From assembly GCA_003154195.1 (NCBI GenBank), contig PMCS01000018.1:44773-108772 (forward strand): a stretch of 64,000 nt of DNA, read 5' to 3'. The notes under the pieces were generated by a model that was not told the origin of the DNA, did not search any database, and saw only the letters and a list, made by a program, of their open reading frames with translations. Source of the stretch: Candidatus Omnitrophota bacterium (GTDB taxonomy: Bacteria; Omnitrophota; Gorgyraeia; Duberdicusellales; 4484-171). A program made the position numbers and the translations under genes. Shown here piece after piece: positions 43,735 to 53,812 of this stretch. Numbering within the stretch: position 1 is the first letter of the stretch; the number at the start of each line of letters is the position of its first letter.

Positions 43735-44143
43735 ACGAATGACACCGTGTTTCACGAAGAAAAATTGAACCTAAAAGTGTAGGGAAAAATTGGGCGCAGA
43801 TTTGTTGGATCGGCGAAGGTAAAACTAAAAAATTTCACCACCCGCTCGCCTTGCTCGCTCGAGAACACCGAGCGCACAGAGAAAATACTTTTATTCAGCC
43901 ACCGACTGTTATGGATAAAACTGGTTCTAAAAGATAATATAGTCCACAGATTTCTCAGATTACTCTGATTAAAAGAATAAGACGATTAAAAAATAAAAAA
44001 TTTGATGTTCATGTTTTAAAATATTCTAAATAAATTTTTTTCTTATAATCTGTAAAATCTGAGCAATCTGTGGACAAAAGTAGTTTGATTTATTTCTGTT
44101 GTGATTTTTGGTCTGTAGCCTGCGGTCTGACGCCTGAAGTCTA
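43735..44143. repeat. Repeat-dense non-coding gap with copies of the cacccgctcgc and gtccacagat/atctgtggac elements
   Basis: ttcaccacccgctcgccttgctcgctcgagaacaccgagcgcacag...ttcagccaccgactg...tagtccacagatttctcagatt...aatctgtaaaatctgagcaatctgtggacaaaag. Matches 24503-24600 and 37875-37995. Confidence 0.6.
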
Positions 44144-44923
44144 CTAGTAGGGTTTTTTTGGTTTCTTAAAAAAATTATAAATCCCGCTCAGCTTTACCCA
44201 TAAACTGACACCCCGGTCGTCATTGGTTATTTTAATCCTCCGGAGGGCAAAGCGGTCGATATTTTCCGAGAATCCGCGGTTGGTGGTACAGGCGCATAGG
44301 TAATCGGCGCTCCTCACTTCCTTCAGCGTATGTTCGTTAAAACCGCCCACAGGATAGGAGATAGTTTCAACAGGCGTTTTGAATAGTTCCTCCAGGCTTT
44401 TTTTGGAATCGAAAATTTCCCGGCGCAGGATAGTGCTGTTTAAATCAGGTAAATACGCGTGCGTCAGGGTATGGGAGCCGACGGTTACTTTCGTATTTTT
44501 CAGGAGCCAATTAATGTTGTTTTTGGTTAAGTAATTGGGAGAGCCGATTTCGTCGACCACTACAAATATTGTAGCGGGATAATCGAATTTTTTTAAAATC
44601 TCTATGGCTTTTAGGTTATCGCGGTAACCGTCGTCGAAGGTTATAATCGCGATATTTTTCGGTATCGGTTTTTTGTCTTTGAGCATCCGGCAGTAATCGT
44701 CGAGGGGTATAACTTTGTAATTTTTATCTTTCAGGAACTTCATTTGTTTATAAAATACCTGCGGTTTTACCGCGGCGTAATTGGTTACCATATTTTCATC
44801 CAGCGAATGATACATTAATATGGGAGGAGCATATGTCGAGTGCAGGTGAAAATAAAAATAACCAAACCAGACGACGAAAAGTATTAACGCTGATTTTATA
44901 AAGTTTTTTATAATTTTTTTCAT
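44144..44923 (-). CDS. Polysaccharide deacetylase (NodB homology domain), membrane-anchored
   Basis: TM anchor; ITFDDGYRDN; HTLTH. Confidence 0.8.
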   Translation of the reverse strand: MKKIIKNFIKSALILFVVWFGYFYFHLHSTYAPPILMYHSLDENMVTNYAAVKPQVFYKQMKFLKDKNYKVIPLDDYCRMLKDKKPIPKNIAIITFDDGYRDNLKAIEILKKFDYPATIFVVVDEIGSPNYLTKNNINWLLKNTKVTVGSHTLTHAYLPDLNSTILRREIFDSKKSLEELFKTPVETISYPVGGFNEHTLKEVRSADYLCACTTNRGFSENIDRFALRRIKITNDDRGVSLWVKLSGIYNFFKKPKKPY

Positions 44924-44988
44924 AATGAAACTTCACCGAGCTCAAGCCCAGGGGGCGTAGAGCGAGGTGGTAGTTGAATTACCCAGCA

Positions 44989-46071
44989 CTAGCGAAGTGG
45001 TTCGAGAATCTCCTTATATACATTTTCCGCGCCGCGCGCCATTGCTTCAAGGGAAAACTTAAACGCGTCTTGATATCCCTGACGGGTCAGACCTTCGCGT
45101 AAATCTCTGTTCGCGATGAGTTCCTCTACCGCGTTTTTTAACGCGGGGGCCGTATATTCGTAAAACAGGAGGCCGTTTACCCGGTTTTTAATTATTTCCG
45201 CTATTCCGCCGACGTTAAATCCCACCACCGGGACTTTTTTAAAAAATGCTTCGACCACGGCATAGCCAAAGCCCTCTTTCCGGGAAGGCATTATCAATAC
45301 ATCAATTATATCTAAAAAATCGCCGGCGTCCAAGCAATAAAATGTTACAAAATCACGGCAATTTATTTTTTCGATAAATTTTTTCAGATTTTTTTCCAGC
45401 CGGCCCCTGCCGGCGACGATGAGATGGATATTAGGGTGTTCTACGGATAATTCTTTTATCGCGTCGAGCGCGAGGAAATGCCCTTTTTCTTCGGAAATAC
45501 GCCCCAGGATTCCGATGAGAAAATCGTTATCGCTGAACCCATAATCGGCCTTACGTTTATTTTTTACCGAGAAGTATTTTTCGTCGACGCCGTTGTAAAC
45601 AACGCGTATGTTTTCCGGGTCGAATTTCAAATCATTAACCAGATAGTTTTTTACCGCTTTGCTTACGGCGATCGAACGATTCCCGGCTAATTTAAACAAT
45701 TTTCGCGTCAGGCCGGGCTTAAAAAATCCATGGAACGCGCTTACGTAAGGAGTTTTATATATTTTGAAAATAAGCCAGGCGAGAAATTGCGTAACCCTGG
45801 TATTGGCGTGAACAATCTGAATTTTTTCTTGCTTCAGGAATCCCGCCAGGTAAAAAAATGATAAAAATACTTTAGGGCTTAAGATTGCTTTGGTTTTTAT
45901 CGGGATGAATTTATAACCGATGCCGTTTTTAGCTAATTCATCTAGCCATTCGCCCTTGTCGCTGCCGATCCAGACGGTATGCCCCAGAGATTTAAGTCCG
46001 CGCGCTAAATTAATTACATAGCGCGAGATTCCCCCCGTATTCAGATGAGTGGTCAGGATAAGAATGTTCAT
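44989..46071 (-). CDS. Glycosyltransferase family 4
   Basis: MNILILTTHLNTGGISRYV; EGFGYAVVEAFFKKVPVVGFNVGG (EX7E-like). Confidence 0.8.
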   Translation of the reverse strand: MNILILTTHLNTGGISRYVINLARGLKSLGHTVWIGSDKGEWLDELAKNGIGYKFIPIKTKAILSPKVFLSFFYLAGFLKQEKIQIVHANTRVTQFLAWLIFKIYKTPYVSAFHGFFKPGLTRKLFKLAGNRSIAVSKAVKNYLVNDLKFDPENIRVVYNGVDEKYFSVKNKRKADYGFSDNDFLIGILGRISEEKGHFLALDAIKELSVEHPNIHLIVAGRGRLEKNLKKFIEKINCRDFVTFYCLDAGDFLDIIDVLIMPSRKEGFGYAVVEAFFKKVPVVGFNVGGIAEIIKNRVNGLLFYEYTAPALKNAVEELIANRDLREGLTRQGYQDAFKFSLEAMARGAENVYKEILEPLR

Positions 46072-46074
46072 TAG

Positions 46075-46215
46075 TTCTTCATAAATAAGGCTATCGGGAT
46101 ATCGGGGTATCAGGATTTGGATATTAGGGGACTGGGATATTAGGTATTTCCTAATACCCTAATCGCCTAATTCCCAAATCCTAATTTCCCGATTTACCAA
46201 TCCCCTTCTTTTAGA
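46075..46215. repeat. Imperfect palindrome built from gggatattagg/cctaat units
   Basis: ggatattaggggactgggatattaggtatttcctaataccctaatcgcctaattcccaaatcc. Confidence 0.55.
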
Positions 46216-46217
46216 GC

Positions 46218-48290
46218 TTAGTCAGACATATTCGCCAATATTTCTTTCAGAATATGAAAAACTTCAGAGGGTGTTATGTGTTCCATGCAGGCGTTGTGCT
46301 CTTTTTGTTGCCGACATTCGGGTTGATAGCAAAATAAACACGGCGTATCTTTTTTAAAACATACGCGTAGATTGTCGGATTGAATGGTGTGGCGTCGGGG
46401 ATCCGTAGGGCCAAAAAGGGCAATCACCGGAATATTTAAAGCGCAGGCCAGGTGCAGAGTTGCCGTATCCGGGGTAATAAACGCTTTTAATTTTTTTATT
46501 ACTCCCGGGAGTTCCGATAGCGATATTTTACCGCACAGGTTTATGACTCTGTTCGATATGTTCGCTTCGATGTTTTCGGCAGTTTTTTCTGTTGTCTTGT
46601 CGCCGATCAGGACAATTTTAAACAAGGGGAAATTTTTTTCTGCCATATCGATAAAATGGGTAATGTTGTCTACCGGCCAATTTTTCGATTCCCAGCGCGA
46701 AGAGGCGCATACGGCAATGCCGATGTAGCTGCCGTCGGGTAATAATGGTTTTGTTTCTTGTTTTTGTTCCCAGAAGACAAGTTTTTTTTGTTTTAGCGTA
46801 ATGCCTAATAATTTTAATATTTTTTCCTGTGAGTTTAAGGGGTTATCTTTAGTATCGTAAGGTACTTTTTTTGTAAGCAGCCCTCCCCAGCGCAGCTTGA
46901 AACCGAAGGAAAAAGACGGTAAGCTTAAAAAAGAAATAAGATGAGAGGCGCGGCTATTCTGTAGATCAATGATGTAATCAAAAGATCTACGGCGTAAATT
47001 TTTGGATAATTCCAGGATATTCTTGAGTTTTTTATAATCGTCGCCGACGGTGATTATTTCATCGACATAGGGGCAGCCGTAAAAGAAGGGAGAATATTTC
47101 TTTGAAGTCAGGAGGTTTACCTTACTGTCGGGAAAATTTTCTTTTATTGCTTTCAATGAGGGCAGAGAAAGAATAATATCTCCCAGCGACGATATCTTAA
47201 CCGCGAGAATCCTTTTAAAGCTGATTGTTTTTTTATAAACATCGCGCGTTTGCTCCAGGCATTTATCCATGCTGTATAGATTTTCCGCTTTCTTTCTTCC
47301 GTTCAGGACGAGACCATTGGCGAGAGCGTCATCTTTAATAACGCTCAGGATACTATCGGTTAGCGCGTTGCTGTCTTTAGGGTCAACGAGGATACCGTCA
47401 ACTTTATCTTCGATTACCTCGTTGAATCCGCCGACGCGTGTGGCGATAACCGGCACGCCGCAGGCAAATGCTTCCACAATGACCCTGCCGAAAGATTCGT
47501 CTTCGATCGATGAAGCGATAAGCATGCGGGCGTCTTTCAGGACATTTTCAACATCTTCGCGAAATCCTGAAAATTGAACATTGTATTCCAGGGAAAAACG
47601 CTTCGTAAGTGTTTTTAGGTAATTATAGTAATTCATCTTGGTTTTATCCGGGGCGCCGACGATTTTTAATATTAAATAGGGATTGGTGCGTACCAATTTT
47701 TTAAAACTTTCAATTAAGTACTCATACCCTTTTGCCGGCGCGATGCGGCCGATGCTGACGATAGTATTGTTGTTGAGGCGGTGCCGGTAATCGGTAAATT
47801 TAAATTTATTCAAATCCACCCAGCGGTTGATAATAACTATTTTTTCCTGCGCTACGCCGAAATTTTCCTTCATGTGGCGGGCGACAATTTTAGAGGGGCA
47901 GATTACAAATTTTCCCCAAGCCATCGGTTCGCTCCAGAACCGATTACTGTAAACTCCGTGCGCGGTGGTAATAAAGGAAGCGTTGGTCGCGCGCGAGGCG
48001 AAAAATCCTATCCAGGCGGGGACGCGGGAGCGGGCGTGAAGTATATCGATATTTTCTTTTTCGATTATTTTTCTTAAAGGATTTATTAAAAGCAGCGAAA
48101 ACGGCGATTTTTTATATATCCCGAGGCAGTAATGGTTTACTTTTTCCTTTTGTATTTCTTTTGCCAGCGTTCCGCCGCCGGAAATGACAATATTCTCGAT
48201 ATCGCTGCCCTTGAAGTAGCGTACCAGGTCTACGACTCCCCTCTCTACTCCGCCTACGTTCAGGAATGGGATGGCCTGTAAGACACGCAT
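46218..48290 (-). CDS. Bifunctional glycosyltransferase: N-terminal GT4 fused to C-terminal GT9 heptosyltransferase
   Basis: N-half GT4 (FPYLILKIVG...ESFGRVIVEAFACGVPVIATRVGG). C-half GT9 (ILAVKISSLGDIILSLPSLKAIKENFP...PDTATLHLACALNIPVIALFGPT). Confidence 0.75.
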   Translation of the reverse strand: MRVLQAIPFLNVGGVERGVVDLVRYFKGSDIENIVISGGGTLAKEIQKEKVNHYCLGIYKKSPFSLLLINPLRKIIEKENIDILHARSRVPAWIGFFASRATNASFITTAHGVYSNRFWSEPMAWGKFVICPSKIVARHMKENFGVAQEKIVIINRWVDLNKFKFTDYRHRLNNNTIVSIGRIAPAKGYEYLIESFKKLVRTNPYLILKIVGAPDKTKMNYYNYLKTLTKRFSLEYNVQFSGFREDVENVLKDARMLIASSIEDESFGRVIVEAFACGVPVIATRVGGFNEVIEDKVDGILVDPKDSNALTDSILSVIKDDALANGLVLNGRKKAENLYSMDKCLEQTRDVYKKTISFKRILAVKISSLGDIILSLPSLKAIKENFPDSKVNLLTSKKYSPFFYGCPYVDEIITVGDDYKKLKNILELSKNLRRRSFDYIIDLQNSRASHLISFLSLPSFSFGFKLRWGGLLTKKVPYDTKDNPLNSQEKILKLLGITLKQKKLVFWEQKQETKPLLPDGSYIGIAVCASSRWESKNWPVDNITHFIDMAEKNFPLFKIVLIGDKTTEKTAENIEANISNRVINLCGKISLSELPGVIKKLKAFITPDTATLHLACALNIPVIALFGPTDPRRHTIQSDNLRVCFKKDTPCLFCYQPECRQQKEHNACMEHITPSEVFHILKEILANMSD

Positions 48291-48299
48291 TTAGTTATG

Positions 48300-48448
48300 T
48301 CCTCTTTGATGATTTTGAATGTCGGTAAAGGTTATGGTAACGATGCCAGTATGGGTTATGGCTACGGTTAAGGCTGCAAATTCGTATTAGCCTTAACCAT
48401 TACCTTTACCTAAACGGGCTTCGTAACCTTAGCCTTAACCTAGCAGTA
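48300..48448. repeat. ~100-bp ggttatgg/ggttaagg palindromic repeat, copy A
   Basis: atgccagtatgggttatggctacggttaaggctgcaaattcgtattagccttaaccattacctttacctaaacgggcttcgtaaccttagcc is near-identical to 50320-50420. Confidence 0.65.
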
Positions 48449-50254
48449 TTACAATATCTTTTTAATCGCCGCCTTAACCGCTTCCCGGTTGTCTTCAAAG
48501 ATAGTCGAGGTTTTCAATTTTATGCCCCTGATACTATAAGGGTGATATAAAAAGTCCACGTCTTTTTCTATTGATTGCAAAAAAACCTTATGCTTGTCTA
48601 CATGTTTTTCCAGCAAGACGCAAACGCACGGTTTTTTTAACGATAATGTTTCGGAAATCATGGAAATACTTTCGCTGGTGACAAAAACGGCGTCGGACAT
48701 TCCCACGAAACCTTCGAAAACGAAATCGTAATTTTCCCGGTTGGCGTAAACAATCTTTTCCACAACTCCGGAGGCGGCCAGCTCTTTGTTGATGATCGCT
48801 TCTGCCGCTTCCGGCGTGCGGCGGGAAGTGCTGGCGAGAATTTTATAGTTATTCAGTTCGGCAAATTTTTTTAATTGGCCGAGAAATATCCCCAGGTTGT
48901 CGACAAATTCTTTTCGATCGCTGCGCGGGCCACCCAGAAAAAGAGAAATTTTTTTCCCGTCGGCAATATTGAATTGCTTTTTACATTCGAGTATCTTTTC
49001 GCTGAAGTTGGCCGGATAGGACAACGCGCCTCTCACTTTGACTTCGTTATCCGACCATGTCCGGTCATGCTCCGGGATAAGGCATAGGTCGAACCGCCTT
49101 AAGGGGATATTCGAACGCAGTATCGTTATCGCTTTCGCGCCCAGGCTGGAAGCGATTATCCTATTGACCGGCGAAACGAAGCTGCCGGTACTTATCACGA
49201 CATCGGCGTAAGTGCGTTCTAATTGTTCAAATGTGTTTTGAGTCAAAAGGTATTTAAGGCAGCGGCCGCAGCCGAGGCAGCCCCGGGAAGAAAGAAGCGC
49301 GCATATTTCGCAAAGATTTCTGGTTAGTTTATTCTTATACTTCACTTCGATGATTTTGCTGCGCATGGCCAAACCTTCTTCTTTCAGGAATGACAGCAAC
49401 GCCTGCGATTGCTTAAGGTGGCCTAGTTTGCCGTCGCTTAAAATAAGAATATCACGGTCGTTCTTATATTTGAAGCGTTTATGCTGCCAGAGGTAATTTG
49501 CCGGGTACTGCGTTAAATGGTCTTCATACATTTTGTTGATTTCCCGCAGCAATTCATTATCGTTTTTATTGGTCACATCCAGCGGCCCTTTCAGTTCGGA
49601 AACATGATTGAAGAATTTGGTACGGCGTGTGAATCCGACAAAAATATTTTTGTTAAATTTTCTGGCGATATGGATCGCTCCGGTAGGCATCGGCACGCTG
49701 TGGCCAAAAAAGTCTACCGGGGGGGCGTTATCCTCTGCTCCATGGTCGGCCATTAACCCGACAAGCCAGCCCTGATGCAGAAATTTTATTATATCTTTCA
49801 GGGAAAAGCATACCTGTAGTTTGTTCTGTTGCCTTAATTCATTTAAAAATTTATCAAGTTTTTCATTCTTTTGTTTTTTTACCAGGATCGCATAGGGTAT
49901 TTTTTGCGCCAAGGCAAAATTAAAAAACTCCCAATTTCCGGTATGTATACCTACGATAACGCCGCCTTCTTTCCCAAGCTTATCAAGGCCTTGCAAATGC
50001 GTGTATTTTAATAATTTGGGAGCAATTAGATTCTCGACGATGATCAACCCCAAATTGGAAAAACTTTTTCTGGCGATGCGTTTTATTTCTTTATTAGTTT
50101 TATCAGGGAATGATGATTTTATATTACGGAAAGCTATGGTTCGCTTGCGCGGGTTGGCATAAATGGCCAGTCCGATTGTTTTTCCGAAAAGAAAGGAAAA
50201 CCACAGCGGCATTTTCAGGAGAATTTTTTGAGCTAATTTTATAAAAGTATACAT
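48449..50254 (-). CDS. LpxL/HtrB-like lipid A acyltransferase fused to a C-terminal ELM1/DUF1022-like domain
   Basis: N-half ...GIHTGNWEF...GLMADH... is the lysophospholipid/lipid A acyltransferase pattern. C-half ~300 aa; domain call is tentative. Confidence 0.55.
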   Translation of the reverse strand: MYTFIKLAQKILLKMPLWFSFLFGKTIGLAIYANPRKRTIAFRNIKSSFPDKTNKEIKRIARKSFSNLGLIIVENLIAPKLLKYTHLQGLDKLGKEGGVIVGIHTGNWEFFNFALAQKIPYAILVKKQKNEKLDKFLNELRQQNKLQVCFSLKDIIKFLHQGWLVGLMADHGAEDNAPPVDFFGHSVPMPTGAIHIARKFNKNIFVGFTRRTKFFNHVSELKGPLDVTNKNDNELLREINKMYEDHLTQYPANYLWQHKRFKYKNDRDILILSDGKLGHLKQSQALLSFLKEEGLAMRSKIIEVKYKNKLTRNLCEICALLSSRGCLGCGRCLKYLLTQNTFEQLERTYADVVISTGSFVSPVNRIIASSLGAKAITILRSNIPLRRFDLCLIPEHDRTWSDNEVKVRGALSYPANFSEKILECKKQFNIADGKKISLFLGGPRSDRKEFVDNLGIFLGQLKKFAELNNYKILASTSRRTPEAAEAIINKELAASGVVEKIVYANRENYDFVFEGFVGMSDAVFVTSESISMISETLSLKKPCVCVLLEKHVDKHKVFLQSIEKDVDFLYHPYSIRGIKLKTSTIFEDNREAVKAAIKKIL

Positions 50255-50269
50255 ATTTTTAAAAAACGG

Positions 50270-50470
50270 TTAGGGCAAAGGCAATGATGCCGTTAAAACT
50301 TGGCTAGGGCAAAGGTAATGATGCCAGTATGGGTTATGGCTACGGTTAAGGCTGCAAATTCGTATTAGCCTTAACCATTACCTTTACCTAAACGGGCTTC
50401 GTAACCTTAGCCCTAGCCGGTTTTTTACCGGCATCCTAACCCTGGCCATAGCCCGGTATTTATCATACCG
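50270..50470. repeat. ~100-bp ggttatgg/ggttaagg palindromic repeat, copy B (plus partial extra units)
   Basis: See copy A; includes the flanking ggcaaaggcaatgatgcc units. Confidence 0.65.
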
Positions 50471-50496
50471 GCTTCGTTATCCTAGCTTTAGCCTAA

Positions 50497-51516
50497 TCAT
50501 TTTATTAAACAATTTTCTACTTCTCGTAAGAAATTTTCGCTGTCTTCGATTATCATCTCTATATCCATGACGATTACCCGTATTTTCCCCGGCGGTAAAC
50601 CGGGAAGATGGTATTTATCTTTGCGGGTTATTATTATATCGTTTATTCCTTCATCTGCCAGCTCATTCTGAATTTTCTCGAATTCCTTTTCGCTTAATTC
50701 ATAGTGATCGGGGTAAGTTATTTTTTTCGCCACTTTTACCCCTTCTTTGCTAAGCATCTGGAAAAAACCATCGGGGTATCCGATAGCGGTAAGCGCCGCT
50801 GTGGGGCGGCCGCTAAAATCCCCGGAGTTAACGATATTATCCCGCAAATCGCAAAATTTTTTTATTTTATACCCGGAGGTAAATATTTTTAAATGAGGGG
50901 ACTTCTTTTTTGTTTCGGACTTGAATTCATTGAGGCCGGCCGCTTGCTCAGCGTGGTTAATAACAAGTATATTCGCGCGCTTTAACGAAGACAGCGGTTC
51001 GCGAAAGATTTGCGCCGGAATCAACCGGCGGGGAAGTTTTAATTCTCGCGCGCCCATCACTACAATATCGCATTGCCGGGCGAGCTTGCGGTATTGGAAA
51101 CCGTCATCAAGAATAAAAACGCCGTACTTTTCCGATAATTTTCCGGCTAACGCCGCCCGGTTTTTATCCGCGTAGACTATCGCCCCACTTTGTTCGATTA
51201 ATTTATTTTCATCGTCGCCGTATCCGCGGCGCAATATCGCGATTTTATAGCGCGCGGATAATTTTTGGTATAAATATAACGTGAGAGTTGTTTTACCGGT
51301 TCCTCCCCACGAAAGATTCCCGACACTGATTATTTTTTTTGTCGAATAAAAAATAGGGGTTATTTTTTTATCGTAAGCGAAATTGCGGATACCGACAACC
51401 GCGCCGTAAATCCCGGATAAAAATATCAACAAAGCGCGGAATAATACCGCGGCAATGTTTTTGTCATCACCGGCGAGGAAATCCACATACCATTGTTTTA
51501 ATCCAGATTTAAGCAT
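50497..51516 (-). CDS. lpxK: Tetraacyldisaccharide 4'-kinase
   Basis: VGNLSWGGTGKTTLTLYL P-loop; LpxK length and topology. Confidence 0.85.
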   Translation of the reverse strand: MLKSGLKQWYVDFLAGDDKNIAAVLFRALLIFLSGIYGAVVGIRNFAYDKKITPIFYSTKKIISVGNLSWGGTGKTTLTLYLYQKLSARYKIAILRRGYGDDENKLIEQSGAIVYADKNRAALAGKLSEKYGVFILDDGFQYRKLARQCDIVVMGARELKLPRRLIPAQIFREPLSSLKRANILVINHAEQAAGLNEFKSETKKKSPHLKIFTSGYKIKKFCDLRDNIVNSGDFSGRPTAALTAIGYPDGFFQMLSKEGVKVAKKITYPDHYELSEKEFEKIQNELADEGINDIIITRKDKYHLPGLPPGKIRVIVMDIEMIIEDSENFLREVENCLIK

Positions 51517-52829
51517 GATATTATTAATTTAACGTTATTTTCCGTGGCGCCGGTTTGCTCACGAAACACCTTAGCGCAATTCTTTTGTAATTTTTCGCGT
51601 TCGTCTTTATCGTTGATCAATAATATTAGTTTTGATGTTAATTCTTCCGTATCTCTTACCTGAATCCCCGCTTTTTCCGCATGGACAATTTCGGCGATAT
51701 CGCTGAAATTGTCCATGAACGGTCCGAAAATCGTCGGCTTTCCTAACGATATCGGTTCTAAAATATTTTGCCCGCCATGCTTTACCAGGCTGCCGCCGAC
51801 AAAACAAATATCGCTCAGCGCATAAAAATAGAGTAATTCGCCGATAGTGTCGAGCAAAAATACGGTATCGTTATTAACTTCGTTTTTTTTTGCCGCGCTC
51901 AGGCGTAGGGGTTTTAACCCTTCCGCGATTATCAGTTTTTCGATTTCCGGCGTTCTTTCGATGTGACGCGGCGCGATAATCAGCTTAATATCGCTGCGCT
52001 TCTTCCGGATTTCCTTGTACGCTCGCAGTGCGTATTCTTCTTCCGGACAATGGGTGCTGGCTGCAATTAAAACGATATTCCCCGGCGGAGCGATAATCCC
52101 GGAATATTTTACTTTAACTTTGGTCAGCGTATTGTTATCGAGATTTATATTATCGAACTTCATGTTACCGGTAATTTTTATCTTACTTTCGGGACAACCT
52201 AAGTCAATAAAGCGTTGCCGGTATTCTTCATTTTGAACCGCGACTATGGCGCATTCTTTTAACGCGTATTGCACGATAAATTTAAAACGTTTATAGCGAT
52301 TGATAGCTTTATCGGAAATTCTTGCGTTAATAATCGCAATCGGTATGTTTTTCCGCGATAAGCGAAAAAACAGATTGGGCCATATTTCTGTTTCCACGGC
52401 GATGAAAATTTTTAAATTGAACGTTTTAATAACGTGCCTGATAGCAAACGAGATATCGAAAGGGAAAAAAATTATTTTCGCCCGGCCGGGATACCTTTTT
52501 TTAGCTAAGCGATTGCCGGTTAAAGTGGTGGCAGAAATTATAATCTCGTAATCGCCGTATTCTTTCAGTTGTTTCAGTAAACCGTCTAAAAGATTGACTT
52601 CGCCGACGCTTACCGCCTGAATCCAGATACATTTTTTTCCCGGCGGCGGCGCCGGTTTGGTATCGGTAAACCCCAATTTTTCCTTCAGGGCGGCGAAAGT
52701 TATTTTTTTGCGCCAGAAATAAACCGGGAGATATACGATTAGCCCGGCAAAAAAAATAATATCGTAAAAAAAGAAAACGATATTTTCGATAAAAGCTTGG
52801 GATTGATTTTTTTCGGTTATATCGGGCAT
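51498..52829 (-). CDS. waaA: 3-deoxy-D-manno-octulosonic acid (Kdo) transferase
   Basis: N-terminal TM; IWIQAVSVGEVN (HxxSxGE variant). Confidence 0.85.
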   Translation of the reverse strand: MPDITEKNQSQAFIENIVFFFYDIIFFAGLIVYLPVYFWRKKITFAALKEKLGFTDTKPAPPPGKKCIWIQAVSVGEVNLLDGLLKQLKEYGDYEIIISATTLTGNRLAKKRYPGRAKIIFFPFDISFAIRHVIKTFNLKIFIAVETEIWPNLFFRLSRKNIPIAIINARISDKAINRYKRFKFIVQYALKECAIVAVQNEEYRQRFIDLGCPESKIKITGNMKFDNINLDNNTLTKVKVKYSGIIAPPGNIVLIAASTHCPEEEYALRAYKEIRKKRSDIKLIIAPRHIERTPEIEKLIIAEGLKPLRLSAAKKNEVNNDTVFLLDTIGELLYFYALSDICFVGGSLVKHGGQNILEPISLGKPTIFGPFMDNFSDIAEIVHAEKAGIQVRDTEELTSKLILLINDKDEREKLQKNCAKVFREQTGATENNVKLIISCLNLD

Positions 52830-52936
52830 TGAATAATTATAATTTTAGAACATCAATCTACGCCTGCCTTGGTGAAAACTTTCTTTGCCTCTATTTTTTC
52901 TTTGCGTACTTTGCGCCTTTGCGGGAAAGGTTTCCT

Positions 52937-53812
52937 TTAAGCCCGCGGATGTGCCTTGTCATAAACTTTTTTCAACGTATCCATGGTTAAATGGGTATAG
53001 ATTTGCGTCGTCGCGATGCTGGAATGGCCTAATAGTTCCTGGACGCTGCGCAAATCCGCGCCGTGATTCAGCAGGTGCGTGGCGAATGAATGGCGAAAGG
53101 TATGCGGTGAAATACTCAAAGTGATTGACGTCTGGTGTATATATTTGTTAACAATATTTCGTACGCTACGGTCGGTCAGGCTTCCCAGCCGTTTGTTTAC
53201 TAATAAGGAAGGATTTTTATCATTTCGGCGGTCGATATATTTTTTTAACGCTATAATTGCCGGTTCCCCCAGGGGCAAAAGCCGTTCTTTTTTTCCCTTG
53301 CCGATAACCTTTGCGATTCCGCTGATTAAGTCAACATCGTTAATTTTTAGCGATACCAGCTCCGCGACTCGCGCGCCGGTAGAATAAAGCGTTTCCAGTA
53401 TCGCTTTATCTCTTAGCGTCATGATATCGTCGCCTTTGGGGGCGTTTAGAATCCGAGAGATATCTTCTTCGGTTAAAAACTTCGGCAAAGGTTTGTCGAG
53501 TTTAGGGTAAATTAAAGATACCGCCGGGTTATTTTTCATTTCCCCTTCTTTTACCATGAATTTAAAAAAACTTTTCAGGGTGGAAATTTTTCGCGATAAG
53601 GTCCGTTTATTGAATTTTTTTTCGCTCAACGAACTCAAAAACTTACGTAAAAGAAAATAATCGATATCTTTTATGTCTTTCCCGCCGGAAGATTGGAGAA
53701 AGGCATTGAATCCGCGAAGGTCGATCTCGTAGTTTATGATGGTATGGGATGAGTAATTTTTCTCGATATTGAGGTAATTGAGGAATTTGTCGGTGTAATA
53801 GGAGAAAGGTAT
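52937..53812 (-). CDS. Tyrosine site-specific recombinase XerC/XerD
   Basis: C-terminal HTFRHSFATHLLNHGADLRSVQELLGHSSIATTQIYTH. Start set at MIPFSYY because the start-proximal palindrome sits directly upstream of it; the ORF track gives a longer 53893 start. Confidence 0.8.
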   Translation of the reverse strand: MPFSYYTDKFLNYLNIEKNYSSHTIINYEIDLRGFNAFLQSSGGKDIKDIDYFLLRKFLSSLSEKKFNKRTLSRKISTLKSFFKFMVKEGEMKNNPAVSLIYPKLDKPLPKFLTEEDISRILNAPKGDDIMTLRDKAILETLYSTGARVAELVSLKINDVDLISGIAKVIGKGKKERLLPLGEPAIIALKKYIDRRNDKNPSLLVNKRLGSLTDRSVRNIVNKYIHQTSITLSISPHTFRHSFATHLLNHGADLRSVQELLGHSSIATTQIYTHLTMDTLKKVYDKAHPRA

